From an uncultured delta proteobacterium (lineage in GTDB: Bacteria; Desulfobacterota; Syntrophia; Syntrophales; UBA5619): DNA of 64,000 nt. The notes beneath the pieces were generated by a model. It ran no database searches, was not told where the DNA came from, and saw only the letters and a list, made by a program, of their open reading frames with translations. A program made the position numbers and the translations under genes. The DNA is taken from positions 1-64,000 of the forward strand of contig CAWFOM010000009.1 in assembly GCA_963817385.1 (NCBI GenBank), given 5' to 3'. Shown here in pieces: positions 53,999-64,000 of the stretch. Numbering within the stretch: the first letter of the stretch is position 1; each line of letters starts with the position of its first letter.

Positions 53999-54104
53999 CC
54001 GGGAGCGCCACCCGCAAGCCCCGCCTTGTAGGCGGGGATAAGGGGCGCAATAAACAGATCCCTTCCTTACCGGGAAGCCCCGCCCTGTGGGCGGGGAGCT
54101 TCAA
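53999..54104 (+). mobile_element. Miniature IS200/IS605-type element (two subterminal palindromes, no ORF)
   Basis: AAG-CCCCGCCT-TGT-AGGCGGGG and AAG-CCCCGCCC-TGT-GGGCGGGG hairpins; the second is followed by AGCTTCAA. Confidence 0.6.
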
Positions 54105-54118
54105 TTCTCACCCATCCT

Positions 54119-54895
54119 TCATTCCCGGGCTCTGCGGTAACCGGCCCGGATGGCTTCCTTTTCGGATTGAAAAACGACCCGGTGGTATTCCTTGACCAAG
54201 TCATAGTACTTCATTCCCGGCAGGTGATACCGCTTCGAATCGCGATTCCCGATCACCCTGACGCCCTTGGGCTGAGGGGGAATTTTCCCCTCAGCAACGC
54301 CCGGCCCGGGGTGAGGAGCTTCAGGCAGAGAGACCCGGTTCGGAAATATGCTTCGCCCCTCCGCGTCGGCCGCGGGCGTGGGGACGCGGTCCTTGGCGGG
54401 AAGGATGTCGATTGCCGTCTCGGACGGCGGCCAATGATCGGGTGGCGTTATTTCCCGTTTCGTATCGGGCAAGTCAATGAAAAGAACGGAAATGATGATC
54501 AGCGCCCCGACGATGACGGACAACCAGACCCGCCTTGCGGGGAGATGCCCGACAAGGAGCCTCTTCCCTTTCAATATGGCCGATTTGACCGGGGAAGAGT
54601 CGCCATCCGCAAACTGCGTCAATTTCGGATATCGCTTCACCCCGCCGGTGCGTTTCCACTCGGCGTCGAAGAGCCTGAGCACCTCCGTCTGATTCAGCTT
54701 CAGATAGGCAGTGTATTGCTTGATCAGCCGTATGCATTCGGAACGCCCGGTAAAGACGTCGAAGTCATCCCCTTCCAGGGCATCGATGAAGGACCTGTTC
54801 ACCCTCATGAAAAGCGCCATTTCTTCAACGGGCACCCGGTGTGATTCCCGCTCCCGTTTCAGGTATTGGCCCAGTGTTTCATGGTCCTGATACAT
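54119..54895 (-). CDS. RodZ-like HTH membrane protein with a C-terminal Ada-like small domain
   Basis: TLGQYLKRERE..FIDALEGDDF (HTH_25-like); one TM; IGNRDSKRYHLPG..F.SEKEAIRAGYR. Confidence 0.7.
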   Translation of the reverse strand: MYQDHETLGQYLKRERESHRVPVEEMALFMRVNRSFIDALEGDDFDVFTGRSECIRLIKQYTAYLKLNQTEVLRLFDAEWKRTGGVKRYPKLTQFADGDSSPVKSAILKGKRLLVGHLPARRVWLSVIVGALIIISVLFIDLPDTKREITPPDHWPPSETAIDILPAKDRVPTPAADAEGRSIFPNRVSLPEAPHPGPGVAEGKIPPQPKGVRVIGNRDSKRYHLPGMKYYDLVKEYHRVVFQSEKEAIRAGYRRARE

Positions 54896-54919
54896 CGCAC
54901 CTCGCCGCGAAGCTCTTTC

Positions 54920-55852
54920 TCATCCCTTCAGCTTTATCTTTGACGGGCTCTTTGACCTGGCTTCCTGTACCGAGCTCCCCACCGATTGAGTAGATTCGGA
55001 GGGCAGGGCCTCCGCCTGAATCCCTGCTTCCTCGATGGCGGCATTGATCGCAATCGTCAAATAGGAAATGGCCTGCGCAAGCGAACAGTTCTTGGTCGCC
55101 TCCAGCCCCAACGCGATTTTTTGCTGATTATAGAGGCTGTAATAGGTCAGCGATCCTTTCTGCTCCTGATGCCGTGACTGCTTGACCGCGGTATTGGTGT
55201 TGTTGACGGCAAAGTGGAAATCTCCATCAGGGATTCTGCTGTTTGCCCGATGGACGACGCGCTTCGCATAATGCCCCAACTCCAGCTTCTTCCCACTCGG
55301 CAGGTAGTACGTGGCTGAATCGATGACATTGGACTGTCCCCATTTGGAGGGATTTCTCTTGCGGGATATCCAGCGGGGATTATAGAAATCGTACCCCTGG
55401 TGAAGATTCAGGACGTAATCAGACTGCCTGATCAGTTGCTTCGCCAGATTTATGACCTTGGCATCGGGATTGGAACTGCCGGCAGGGAGGTTGAACAGGC
55501 GGTTCATATCGCCTCCGAGACCGCATCGCTTCCCCGCATTGACGGCCGGCCCGTTGAGACGCGGGACGATGATCAGGTTCCCCTTGTTCAGCTTGACGTC
55601 TGAATACCTCTCCGCAGTCAGGTAACCGCCCGCTTCGTCACCATGGATTCCGGCAATGATGAGCAGCGTCGGACCCTCGTGTCTTCCCCGGATCGTGTGA
55701 ACGGTCAATTCCTGCCGGGTCTCCTGAAAGTACGCCTGGGTGCGAGATTCCGGGAGTATCCGGCCCTTTTCAGCCGCCAGATCACGAAACCCGAAGCAAA
55801 GAACAAGGAACATCGCAACGGCTAAAAGGCAGACTCGCCGAAAATTGTCCAT
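54920..55852 (-). CDS. M14/M99 metallocarboxypeptidase (Csd4/Pgp1-like catalytic domain)
   Basis: Signal peptide; GIHGDEAGG, GDMNRLF, LNLHQG, WGQS and SLTYY. Confidence 0.8.
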   Translation of the reverse strand: MDNFRRVCLLAVAMFLVLCFGFRDLAAEKGRILPESRTQAYFQETRQELTVHTIRGRHEGPTLLIIAGIHGDEAGGYLTAERYSDVKLNKGNLIIVPRLNGPAVNAGKRCGLGGDMNRLFNLPAGSSNPDAKVINLAKQLIRQSDYVLNLHQGYDFYNPRWISRKRNPSKWGQSNVIDSATYYLPSGKKLELGHYAKRVVHRANSRIPDGDFHFAVNNTNTAVKQSRHQEQKGSLTYYSLYNQQKIALGLEATKNCSLAQAISYLTIAINAAIEEAGIQAEALPSESTQSVGSSVQEARSKSPSKIKLKG

Positions 55853-57144
55853 CCCTTTTGTCCCTTTTTCAGGTAGAATAACTTCTTTGAATCCGCTTCG
55901 AAATTGTTGGAACGGTATTTTTGAATAAACCGTACGACGGCGACCTGTCCCTCCCGTTCCTGCGGCATGATAATGGCCATCTGGTCCATAGTCACGCGAA
56001 TGAATTTTTTGCCGCTGTTGACCCGCTCCTTGTGCCTTCGGAAGGCCTCAAATCGCATCCCTTCGCTATTGATAAAATCCTTTGAATAATAACTCAGGTA
56101 TTTCCCGGTGTCGCCGCTTTCCCACGCCTTTCGCCAGTCATCCATGTAATTACGGATCTCCTGAAGCGATTCCTTGCGGCTCTCCTCCTTGACGAAGGTT
56201 ACCGTATCGACGATGGAAACGGGTGTGCCGCTGGGCTTGAGCAGAGTCTTGAGTTCCTTGATGTTGTCATTGGAGACGGCGATGCAGCCTTTCGTATTGA
56301 CGAGGTCTCCCGTTCCGATGACCTTCCCGGGAACGTGTCCGTGGATCCATATCCCTGCGCCGTTCTTGCTGTCTTTCCGATCCAGGAAATTGGGATAATT
56401 CAGGACAAAGGCCCCTTCCCCATAGATTTCGGGCAAGGCGCTCCCCGGTGCATAGCGCAGGGTGAAATAGCTCCCCCTGGGGGTTGCAAAATCCCCGGCC
56501 TTTTTCTTGTCTTCGCCATTGGCCCCGATGATGCATGCATACGATTTGACGAGGACGAACCGATCACCCTGAAATTTGAACAGATGCAGGAGTTTGGTTT
56601 CCTTCTCCCCGATAAGCGCATACTCGTCGGCCACCGCCCAGACCAGGGACACCGGTGTTTCGCCGGCCGGTATGATAAATTCCGCTTTCTTGGCCGGTAC
56701 GGCGGGCGCCTTCGGTTCCGCTTTCACCGGTGCGGCAGGCGCCTTCGGTTCGGCGACCGCTTTCGCCGATTGCACCGGTTGGGCGGGACGTTCGGCAACC
56801 TCTTTCGCCGGTTGCGCGGGACGTTCGGCAACCGTTTTCACCGGCGGTGCGGCGGGCGCGGGCGGCACGGCGGCCGTTATCTGACGCCTTGCATCCGCCA
56901 GATGAACAAAGGCTTTCTGGATATCCGTCCTGCCGAGTGACTCCTGGAGCAGGGCCAGACTCTTGCTTGTCTCCTGAATAACCTGGAGGGCATTCCGGTT
57001 GTTTTTTATCTCTTTAAGGAAAAGAATCAGCAGGGTAACATTGAGAATGAGGAGAATCGCGATCAGTCCGATCCCCACCTTGATATAAAAATCGCTTGCC
57101 GTATCTCGATAATTTTTCGGTAATTTCAGGTTATGAGTCTGCAT
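55822..57144 (-). CDS. L,D-transpeptidase/carboxypeptidase (YkuD) with NTF2-like C-terminus (Csd6/Pgp2-like)
   Basis: TM; Pro/Ala linker; GDFATP, LNYPN..D, GIWIHG...TKGCI; WRKAWESGD..YLSYYS. Confidence 0.85.
   Translation of the reverse strand: MQTHNLKLPKNYRDTASDFYIKVGIGLIAILLILNVTLLILFLKEIKNNRNALQVIQETSKSLALLQESLGRTDIQKAFVHLADARRQITAAVPPAPAAPPVKTVAERPAQPAKEVAERPAQPVQSAKAVAEPKAPAAPVKAEPKAPAVPAKKAEFIIPAGETPVSLVWAVADEYALIGEKETKLLHLFKFQGDRFVLVKSYACIIGANGEDKKKAGDFATPRGSYFTLRYAPGSALPEIYGEGAFVLNYPNFLDRKDSKNGAGIWIHGHVPGKVIGTGDLVNTKGCIAVSNDNIKELKTLLKPSGTPVSIVDTVTFVKEESRKESLQEIRNYMDDWRKAWESGDTGKYLSYYSKDFINSEGMRFEAFRRHKERVNSGKKFIRVTMDQMAIIMPQEREGQVAVVRFIQKYRSNNFEADSKKLFYLKKGQKGWTIFGESAF
56776..56841 (-). 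repeat. 33-bp tandem duplication in the linker (VAERPAQP)
   Basis: CCGGTTGxGCGGGACGTTCGGCAACC occurs twice. Confidence 0.8.
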
Positions 57145-57287
57145 AGGTTCATTTCGGATCTGTTTGTCTCCCTGTAGATGCGCCGTCCCTGTTTACCGTA
57201 TCGTAGCAGCTCTTGATCTGGTTTCTTCTCACAATATTGGCATCCGGTCAAGGGGGAATGTTTCGGAGCCGCCGATCCTGACCCTGA

Positions 57288-57890
57288 TCAGCGGCGAGCC
57301 CTGCTTTTTCGTTTCTGCACGGAAAACCCGAAGCGGCCGATACAGCGCCCGAGGGCAAAATATTGGCCGTGAGCGAATGCGATGAGACCGCCCTTCTCCA
57401 GACGGAGCCGTCCTTTACCATCGATCAGCGCCGCAGATACCTGCACGGCGACCACTTCCGCCACGAACATCGTGTGCGAACCCAGCTTCAGAGATTCCCG
57501 CACCCGGCATTCGATGTTCAGCGGGCACTCCAGAACGATCGGGCAGCCCACCTTCAACGCCGGAGCCGGCGTCAACCCGGCGCCGGCGAACTTTTCCTCG
57601 CTGCGCCCGGAAACAACCCCGCACCAGTCCACTGCCCTGGCCTCCTTGAGGGAAGGGACATTCACCACGAATTCCCGGGTCTTTTCGATTATTTCATAGG
57701 AGTACCGCTCGGGCCGCACGGAAATCGACAGCATCGGCGGTTCGCTGCACACATTTCCGGTCCACGCGATCGTGATCAGGTTCGGCTTCCAGCCCCCCGT
57801 CCCCCCGCAACTCACCAGGACCGCCGGAACCGGCGACAGGACATTTCCCGGCTTCCATGCGCGCTTCTCACTGGGTTTCCGTTTTCCCAT
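57288..57890 (-). CDS. Flavin reductase-like protein
   Basis: PVPAVLVS, TIAW, ISVRPERYS, ECPLNIEC and GSHTMF. Confidence 0.9.
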   Translation of the reverse strand: MGKRKPSEKRAWKPGNVLSPVPAVLVSCGGTGGWKPNLITIAWTGNVCSEPPMLSISVRPERYSYEIIEKTREFVVNVPSLKEARAVDWCGVVSGRSEEKFAGAGLTPAPALKVGCPIVLECPLNIECRVRESLKLGSHTMFVAEVVAVQVSAALIDGKGRLRLEKGGLIAFAHGQYFALGRCIGRFGFSVQKRKSRARR

Positions 57891-58048
57891 ACCATCCCGC
57901 TCCCTTCCCTGCGCCGCATTCCCGCCGATCACAAGTACGCGAATTCAGCCGTACGCATACATCAGATCTCTACGGAAAACAAGCTAAGCGGGAACGATTC
58001 CGCTTGTTCGACGTCTGTTCTGGCAAATCGGGGAATTGTCCCCCGCCG

Positions 58049-58273
58049 TTACCGTCGGTTGATGAACCAGAGGATGAGTGAGAGGATCACGCTTACGATG
58101 AGCGACGTCATGAGCGGAAAATAGAACGAGACGTTCTTCCCCCGGAAGAAAAAATCGCCGGGAAGTCTCCCGAGCCAGGGGATCTTCCCGGCGAGGATCA
58201 GGACGAGGCCGATTCCCGCGATAAGAAGCCCGATCACGATGAGAAGCTTGCCCAGATGGGAAAAGTCGAACAT
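58049..58273 (-). CDS. DUF2905 small membrane protein
   Basis: LGRLPGD and FYFPLMTSL motifs. Confidence 0.9.
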   Translation of the reverse strand: MFDFSHLGKLLIVIGLLIAGIGLVLILAGKIPWLGRLPGDFFFRGKNVSFYFPLMTSLIVSVILSLILWFINRR

Positions 58274-58317
58274 CGCCGTGCACCTCCCGCATCAAGAATT
58301 GAAGCTCTTGCTCCCTC

Positions 58318-59274
58318 CTATTTCCCGTCCCATGCGAATGGCCGTTCCCGTTCGAAGTCCGGTGAGAGCGCCCGATCATCGACCTCTTGGGTGTAGAGCT
58401 CCTCGAACCCCAGATCGACGGCGGCATTGACCACCCGCTCATACTCCTCGCGGCTGACCCTCCGGCCGAGGAGAGGGTGCTTCACTACGGCCGGGATCGG
58501 CGTATACTGGGCCATGAGGCTCAGAGGAACGAACCGGGAGATCTCCTCCCGGATCGCCTTGAGGACCGCAAGGGAGCTCTCCCAGTTCCCCGGCAGGACG
58601 AGATGGCGGACCAGGACCCCCCGCTTCGCGACCCCGTCCTCGATCTCGAGGCTGTCGCCGACCTGGCGGACCATCTCCCGGAGGGAGGCAAGGGCATGGC
58701 GGGGATAGGCCTGCGCCCCGGAGAAGCGCCGACCGGCCTCATCGACGCCGTATTTGAAATCGGGGAGATAGATGTCGACCATCCCGTCGAGGAAGCGGAT
58801 GATCCGCTCCCGTTCATACCCGCCGCAGTTGAAGACGAGGGGAAGGCTAAGCCCTCGTCTGCGGGCGATCAGCAAGGCCGCCATGATCCCCGGCAGATGG
58901 GGGGTCGGCGTCACCGGCTCGATGTTGTGGCAGCCCAGGGCCTCGAGCTCCAGCATGATCCCCGCGAGCTCTTCCTCCGAGACTGACCGCCCCGCGGGGG
59001 AATGGCTGATCTGATAATTCTGGCAATAGACGCACCGGAGGTTGCAGGAGGAGAAAAAGATCGTGCCGGCGCCGCGCTTCCCCGAAAGGGGAGGCTCCTC
59101 GCCGTGGTGGGGGAGGGCCGAGCTTATGACCATTCCCGCGTCAAGGCGGCAGAACCCTTTCTCGCCTGCCGACCGGTCGACCCGGCACATCTGCGGGCAG
59201 AGGACGCACCTCTTCAGGCTCCGCTTGAGCTGTCCGACCTGCCGGGCCGCATCCGCGTCCTTCATAAAAAACAT
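58318..59274 (-). CDS. Radical SAM protein (PflX-like)
   Basis: CVLCPQMC, HHGEEP, CNLRCVYCQN, IYLPDFKY and VRHLVLPG. Confidence 0.92.
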   Translation of the reverse strand: MFFMKDADAARQVGQLKRSLKRCVLCPQMCRVDRSAGEKGFCRLDAGMVISSALPHHGEEPPLSGKRGAGTIFFSSCNLRCVYCQNYQISHSPAGRSVSEEELAGIMLELEALGCHNIEPVTPTPHLPGIMAALLIARRRGLSLPLVFNCGGYERERIIRFLDGMVDIYLPDFKYGVDEAGRRFSGAQAYPRHALASLREMVRQVGDSLEIEDGVAKRGVLVRHLVLPGNWESSLAVLKAIREEISRFVPLSLMAQYTPIPAVVKHPLLGRRVSREEYERVVNAAVDLGFEELYTQEVDDRALSPDFERERPFAWDGK

Positions 59275-59382
59275 CCCTTCCGGCTGTCATCCCGACCGGA
59301 TTAATCGGCACGCCAAACTTTCCTCTGCCCGCCGCAGATCGGCCGAGCCGATGAACCGGCGGCCCGCGGGGAAACGGCGCTT

Positions 59383-59799
59383 TCAGACATCAAAGACCAC
59401 CCTCCCCACCCACCCCTTGGCCGTCCGTTTGACCGAGGACTGGTGATAGGTGACCGCCTTGATCTCCGTTTTGATCCGGTGCCGGGCCGGATCGAAGGGC
59501 TCGCCCCGAAGGTGCGCCGTCAGGCGCCGGGGGGTGACCTCCCGGATCGTGCATTCTCGCCCCAGAAACCCCATAGAGTTCCACACGGAGAGGAGCTCGC
59601 GTAAAAAATTGATCAGGAGATCCGCCGCATCCTCCCCCTCGACCGCGATCGTCCTCACCTGAGTCACCCGGATGGCCTCGGTATCCGCCAGGAGGTCGAA
59701 GAGGGCCATGGCGGCCCCGGCATAGAGCTCCTCGATGGTGCCGCCGGAGACTTCGATCCCCAGATCGGCCGTATGGTCGAAGAGACGGTAGCCGCTCAT
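59383..59799 (-). CDS. Archease
   Basis: DHTADLGI, EIKAVTYH and C-terminal FDV. Confidence 0.95.
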   Translation of the reverse strand: MSGYRLFDHTADLGIEVSGGTIEELYAGAAMALFDLLADTEAIRVTQVRTIAVEGEDAADLLINFLRELLSVWNSMGFLGRECTIREVTPRRLTAHLRGEPFDPARHRIKTEIKAVTYHQSSVKRTAKGWVGRVVFDV

Positions 59800-59853
59800 T
59801 TCACCTCCGGCAAAAAGCCGACAACGATGCAGATCCGGCGCATATTGCTTGCG

Positions 59854-60921
59854 CTAGAGTTTTTCAATGACATCCTTGAGGCGGCCGCTTGCGATCAGCT
59901 CCAGGAACTCCTCGCCGAGCGGGGCGGAGAGCTCCACCGTCCGCCGCCAGTATGCGATCCGCGTCGCCGGGTTGTCCATGTAGGTCTCGAAATCGCCCCG
60001 GTCCGGTATCCTCCCTTCGGGCAGTCCCGCGACAAAGCCCTCCGACGGATAAACCATGACGACGCTATCGAGCCACCGCTCCGGGGGACGCCGATTCTTG
60101 AGTCTCTTGTCCATCCAGCCGGGAACGATCCGCTCCTGATGGTGGAAAAAGAGGGTCAGTCCGCCGTTGCGCGTCGCATAATCCTGATTGATGTGGTAGT
60201 CGGTGAGCCCCCCGTCGCGATAGACCCCGTCCGGGGCGCCGAAGATGTCCCGAACGCCGGCGACCGCGATCGGGATGGCGCCGGAGGCGATCACCGCGGA
60301 TTTGAAATTGACCTCGGAAAGCGGGATGGCGCGCCCGCGGAACCCCTTGCGCTGGCAGAAATCGGGGGGTTGGGGTCCGCAGAAAAAGACGACCCGCCCG
60401 GCGAAACGGGAAAGCAGCGAGGGGTGAATGGCATTGGCCAGGAAGCAGAAGAGGAAGCCCGCCCTCTGCACCCACGGATGTCCGGAGGAGAGAAGGGGTC
60501 CGACCCGGCAGGTCAGGACCGCCAGGCGGTATCGTTTGCTGGCCAGGGCAAAGGGGAGGGCGTCGTCCTCGACCGCGGCGTTGATGATCTCGCTCAGGGA
60601 CTGGAGGATCGTCCCGGGAGTGTCGCTCCTGCCGTAGGTCGCCAAGATATAGGCGTCGACGAGGGCGCGGTAGCTCTTGAGCGCCTCCGGCTGCAGCCAG
60701 GCCGCAAAGCGCCACGCCCCGGCCGAGGCGCCGACGAGCCAGACCGGATAGCGCCTGCCCAACAGCTCCCCCTTCAGGAGGGCGAGATCGAAACCGCTTG
60801 CGACGAGCCACCGGGGACCGCCCGCCGGGCCGAAATAGGTCCCGATGCGGTCCAGACTGAAGCCGCCTGCACGAATGAGGTCATAGGCACGCCGGCCCGC
60901 CTTGACACGGATATTTGCCAT
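59854..60921 (-). CDS. Patatin-like hydrolase
   Basis: AGGPRWL, GASAGAW nucleophile elbow, ASGAIP and DGG. Confidence 0.8.
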   Translation of the reverse strand: MANIRVKAGRRAYDLIRAGGFSLDRIGTYFGPAGGPRWLVASGFDLALLKGELLGRRYPVWLVGASAGAWRFAAWLQPEALKSYRALVDAYILATYGRSDTPGTILQSLSEIINAAVEDDALPFALASKRYRLAVLTCRVGPLLSSGHPWVQRAGFLFCFLANAIHPSLLSRFAGRVVFFCGPQPPDFCQRKGFRGRAIPLSEVNFKSAVIASGAIPIAVAGVRDIFGAPDGVYRDGGLTDYHINQDYATRNGGLTLFFHHQERIVPGWMDKRLKNRRPPERWLDSVVMVYPSEGFVAGLPEGRIPDRGDFETYMDNPATRIAYWRRTVELSAPLGEEFLELIASGRLKDVIEKL

Positions 60922-61030
60922 TCGCCTGCTTCCTTGTGGCGGCAGAGCCGCCGCGCCTCCGGTAAACGGAAGATGCCGAGCCCCGAGACCTGCCATCCCC
61001 GGGGTGAAAAAGCCTGTGCTGGAAATAGCC

Positions 61031-61059
61031 TTGACACGGCCCGAGGGGTCTTGTAGATT
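61031..61059 (+). promoter_or_regulatory. sigma70 promoter of proA-nadD
   Basis: TTGACA-17-TAGATT. Confidence 0.55.
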
Positions 61060-61195
61060 AGCACCGCCCGTCTTTCGGCTGATGGCGGTTCTTATCCGAA
61101 TATCATTGGATTTGTCAATGGCTAAGATGGATCCGGACGGCACGCCGAAGGCCGGCGGCGCACCCTATAAAAAGGGCGGAGAGAGGACCGGATGC

Positions 61196-62455
61196 ATGGC
61201 GGATATCAGGTTACAGATGGTTCGGATGGGCCGGGAGGCGAGGCGTGCCTCCACGATCCTCGCCCGGATCTCCACTGAGGACAAAAACCGGGCGCTTGCC
61301 GGGATGGCGGACGCGCTCATCGCAAAGCAAGATCTCCTCATCCGGGAAAACGCCCGGGACCTCGCCACTGCCCGTAAGCTCGGCCTTTCCCCGGCGATGA
61401 TCGACCGCCTGACGCTTACGGAGGCATCGATCGGGGGAATCGCCCGGGGCCTCAGGGAGGTAGCCTGCCTGCCCGATCCGGTGGGAGCGGTCACGTCGAT
61501 GTGGCGTCGGCCGAACGGCCTGAGAGTCGGCCGGATGCGGATCCCCCTTGGAGTGATCGGAATCATCTACGAATCCCGCCCGAACGTAACCGCCGACGCA
61601 GCCGCCCTCTGCCTGAAATCCGGAAATGCCGTGATCCTCCGGGGCGGCTCCGAAGCAATCCACTCCAACCTCGCCATCTGCCGCATCCTCCAGGAGGTCC
61701 TCCGGGACTGTTCGCTGCCCGAGACGGCGATCCAGATCGTCCCCATGACGGATCGGGAGGCGATCACGGAGCTCCTTACGCTCGATGAGTTCATCGATGT
61801 GATCATCCCCCGCGGCGGGGAGGAGCTGATCCGCGCCGTCGTCCGTGATTCGCGGATCCCGGTGATCAAGCACTACAAGGGTGTCTGCCATGTCTTCGTC
61901 GACGACGGGGCCGAGATCGCCATGGCCGTCCGGATCTGCATGAATGCAAAAACGCAGCGGCCGGGGGTCTGCAATGCAATGGAAACGCTCCTCGTCCATG
62001 AGGCGATCGCCCCCGCATTCCTGCCGGCGGTGGCCGATCCATTCCGGAAGGCGGGCGTCGTGATCAGGGGCTGCGAGCGGACGCGGACGATCCTGCCGGA
62101 TGCGGAGGCGGCCACCGAAGAGGACTGGGGGCGGGAGTATCTCGATCTGATCCTCTCCGTCCGCGTGGTCCGCGATCTCGACGAAGCAATCGCCCACATC
62201 GAAACGTACGGCTCCCTCCATACCGAGGCGATCGTCACCGAAAGCTATGAGCGGGCGCAGCGCTTTCTCACCGAGGTCAACTCCTCGACGGTCCTCGTCA
62301 ACGCCTCCACCCGCTTCAGCGACGGCTTCGAACTGGGGCTGGGGGCCGAGATCGGCATCAGCACGACCAAGCTCCACGCCTTCGGACCGATGGGACTCGA
62401 GGAACTGACGACAACCAAATTCATCATATATGGAAACGGACAGGTGAGAACATGA
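61196..62455 (+). CDS. proA: Gamma-glutamyl phosphate reductase
   Basis: [30 protein letters not shown] and [22 protein letters not shown]. Confidence 0.98.
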   Translation: MADIRLQMVRMGREARRASTILARISTEDKNRALAGMADALIAKQDLLIRENARDLATARKLGLSPAMIDRLTLTEASIGGIARGLREVACLPDPVGAVTSMWRRPNGLRVGRMRIPLGVIGIIYESRPNVTADAAALCLKSGNAVILRGGSEAIHSNLAICRILQEVLRDCSLPETAIQIVPMTDREAITELLTLDEFIDVIIPRGGEELIRAVVRDSRIPVIKHYKGVCHVFVDDGAEIAMAVRICMNAKTQRPGVCNAMETLLVHEAIAPAFLPAVADPFRKAGVVIRGCERTRTILPDAEAATEEDWGREYLDLILSVRVVRDLDEAIAHIETYGSLHTEAIVTESYERAQRFLTEVNSSTVLVNASTRFSDGFELGLGAEIGISTTKLHAFGPMGLEELTTTKFIIYGNGQVRT

Positions 62456-63108
62456 AATGGGGATTGTTCGGAGGCACGTTTGATCCGATCCATATCGGCC
62501 ATCTGCGATGCGCCGAGGAGATGATAGAGATCTTCGACCTGAACCGGATCATCTTTGTTCCGGCATCACGGCCGCCGCATAAGCTTACCGGCGCCATCAC
62601 GCCCTTCTTCCACCGGGAACAGATGATCCGGCTCGCCATCGAAGGAAACCCGGCCTTCTCCTTCTCCGACGTGGAGAACCGGCGGGCGGGGATCTCCTAC
62701 TCCGTGGAGACGGTGGAGTACATCCTGGACACCTATCGCCTGGAAAACCTCGACCTCTACCTGATCCTCGGACAGGATGCCTTCCACGCTATCCGAACCT
62801 GGAAGGACTGGGAGAGGCTCCTGCTTCTGTGCAATTTCGCCGTCATGACGCGCCCGGGCTATGAGAATCTGGGTTTGGAGAAGATCCTCACCCCGGAATT
62901 CGCCTCCCGGTTCACGTATGACGAGACGGCAAAGGGCTTCCGCGGACCGACCGGCCGGATGATCTGCTTCCGCGAGGTTACCTTCCTCGACATCGCCTCA
63001 AGCAACATCCGTAAACGGGCCAAGGAGGGCAAAACGATCAACTATCTCGTCTCCGACGCAGTCCGCCATTACATCGCTAAAAACTCTCTCTACCGGGATC
63101 TGGAGTGA
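62452..63108 (+). CDS. nadD: Nicotinate-nucleotide adenylyltransferase
   Basis: [21 protein letters not shown] and IASSNIR. Confidence 0.97.
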   Translation: MKWGLFGGTFDPIHIGHLRCAEEMIEIFDLNRIIFVPASRPPHKLTGAITPFFHREQMIRLAIEGNPAFSFSDVENRRAGISYSVETVEYILDTYRLENLDLYLILGQDAFHAIRTWKDWERLLLLCNFAVMTRPGYENLGLEKILTPEFASRFTYDETAKGFRGPTGRMICFREVTFLDIASSNIRKRAKEGKTINYLVSDAVRHYIAKNSLYRDLE

Positions 63109-63223
63109 TTGACGCTCTCCACAGTAAGCGGTGGAGAATCTTCGATCCTCACGAAGAAAAAACCATTCCGTTTTTGCATGCGTACGCCGCGGCAAGCCAT
63201 GATGCAGGTACCCGCTGGCGGAT

Positions 63224-64000
63224 TCAGGACCTGCGGCCGATCAGGGCGGCGTAGAGCTCTTCATGGAGGGGCAGCGGAACGCCGAGGGAGCGCCCCGCCC
63301 GGACGGCACAACCGATGAAGAGCTCCAGTTCGGTCCGTCTCCCCTTTTCGAAGTCGAGCTGCATGGACGATTTGGTCGCCGGAGGAAAGCGCTCGACCGT
63401 CGCGATCCCGCGCTCCACGCTGTCCGGCGGAAGGCTGATCCCCTTCGCCCGGGCGAGGCGCTCGACCTCCGCCATCAACCCCCTGGCCATCGCCCTTCCC
63501 TTCGCATCCGCCATCACGTCGCCGAAGCATTGCCCCATAAGCGAAGTCACTCCGGCCATCGGGCTCACGAAGAGGTATTTTGTCCAGAGGGGAACGGCGA
63601 TATCCTGCGAGAGCTCCGCCTTGATCCCGGCCTCCTTCAGGAGCGTCTCCAGCGGCCGGTATGCCTCGCTCTTCCCGTCATCGGGACCGAAGACGAGCTG
63701 GCAGGTCCCGCCCACCTGGTGGACGACGCCGGGCGCCTCGATGAACGTGGAGATGTAGACGCAGCCGCTCAGAACCACGCCGCGGGGAATGATCGACCGG
63801 AGCCGCTCGGCGATGTCTACCCCGTTGAGGACGGGAAGGACGATCGTATGGTCATGCAGAAGCGGATCAAGACCCGCCGCGGCCGACTCCAGGTCGTACT
63901 CCTTCACGCAGAAGAGGACCAGGTCGCAGGGTCCTGCATCGGCTGCGCGGTCCGTCGCCAGATCCGGCGTTGCCCGGCACTCCCCTTCCACCGTCTTGAG
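63224..64000 (-). CDS. panE: 2-dehydropantoate 2-reductase (5' end outside window)
   Basis: VKEYD, LNGV, LWTK and SSMQLD...GRRTE. Confidence 0.88.
   Translation of the reverse strand, partial: LKTVEGECRATPDLATDRAADAGPCDLVLFCVKEYDLESAAAGLDPLLHDHTIVLPVLNGVDIAERLRSIIPRGVVLSGCVYISTFIEAPGVVHQVGGTCQLVFGPDDGKSEAYRPLETLLKEAGIKAELSQDIAVPLWTKYLFVSPMAGVTSLMGQCFGDVMADAKGRAMARGLMAEVERLARAKGISLPPDSVERGIATVERFPPATKSSMQLDFEKGRRTELELFIGCAVRAGRSLGVPLPLHEELYAALIGRRS

Overview
GC-rich bacterial chromosomal window. The gene content and protein styles suggest an anaerobic Desulfobacterota (Syntrophales-like) organism; this is inference only. The backbone carries a TIM-barrel/tctCBA operon, a liv-type ABC operon, pyrG, an oversized glmS with a glmU-like gene and a Fis-like gene, moaC, comM, ilvE, lolA, a glycogen operon with a GT3 synthase-phosphorylase fusion, a MORN protein, a csd6/csd4/rodZ-like peptidoglycan operon, archease, proA, nadD and panE. 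Five features stand out. (1) A ~19.5 kb sugar-acid catabolic island with no integrase (21747-41351) is bracketed by a 94-bp direct repeat of the comM 3' end. It contains gene remnants and a reused ~31-bp promoter. (2) A 1.6 kb AT-rich cassette (4051-5665) is bounded by 18-bp inverted repeats and encodes a caspase/C13-fold PEP-CTERM protein with its own sigma54 promoter and enhancer-like boxes. (3) A phased DnaA-box cluster lies between ilvE and lolA. (4) A ~105-bp IS200/IS605-type miniature element is present. (5) Seven single-base frameshifts interrupt otherwise intact genes and are probably sequencing errors. No rRNA, tRNA, CRISPR array, integrase or transposase was seen.
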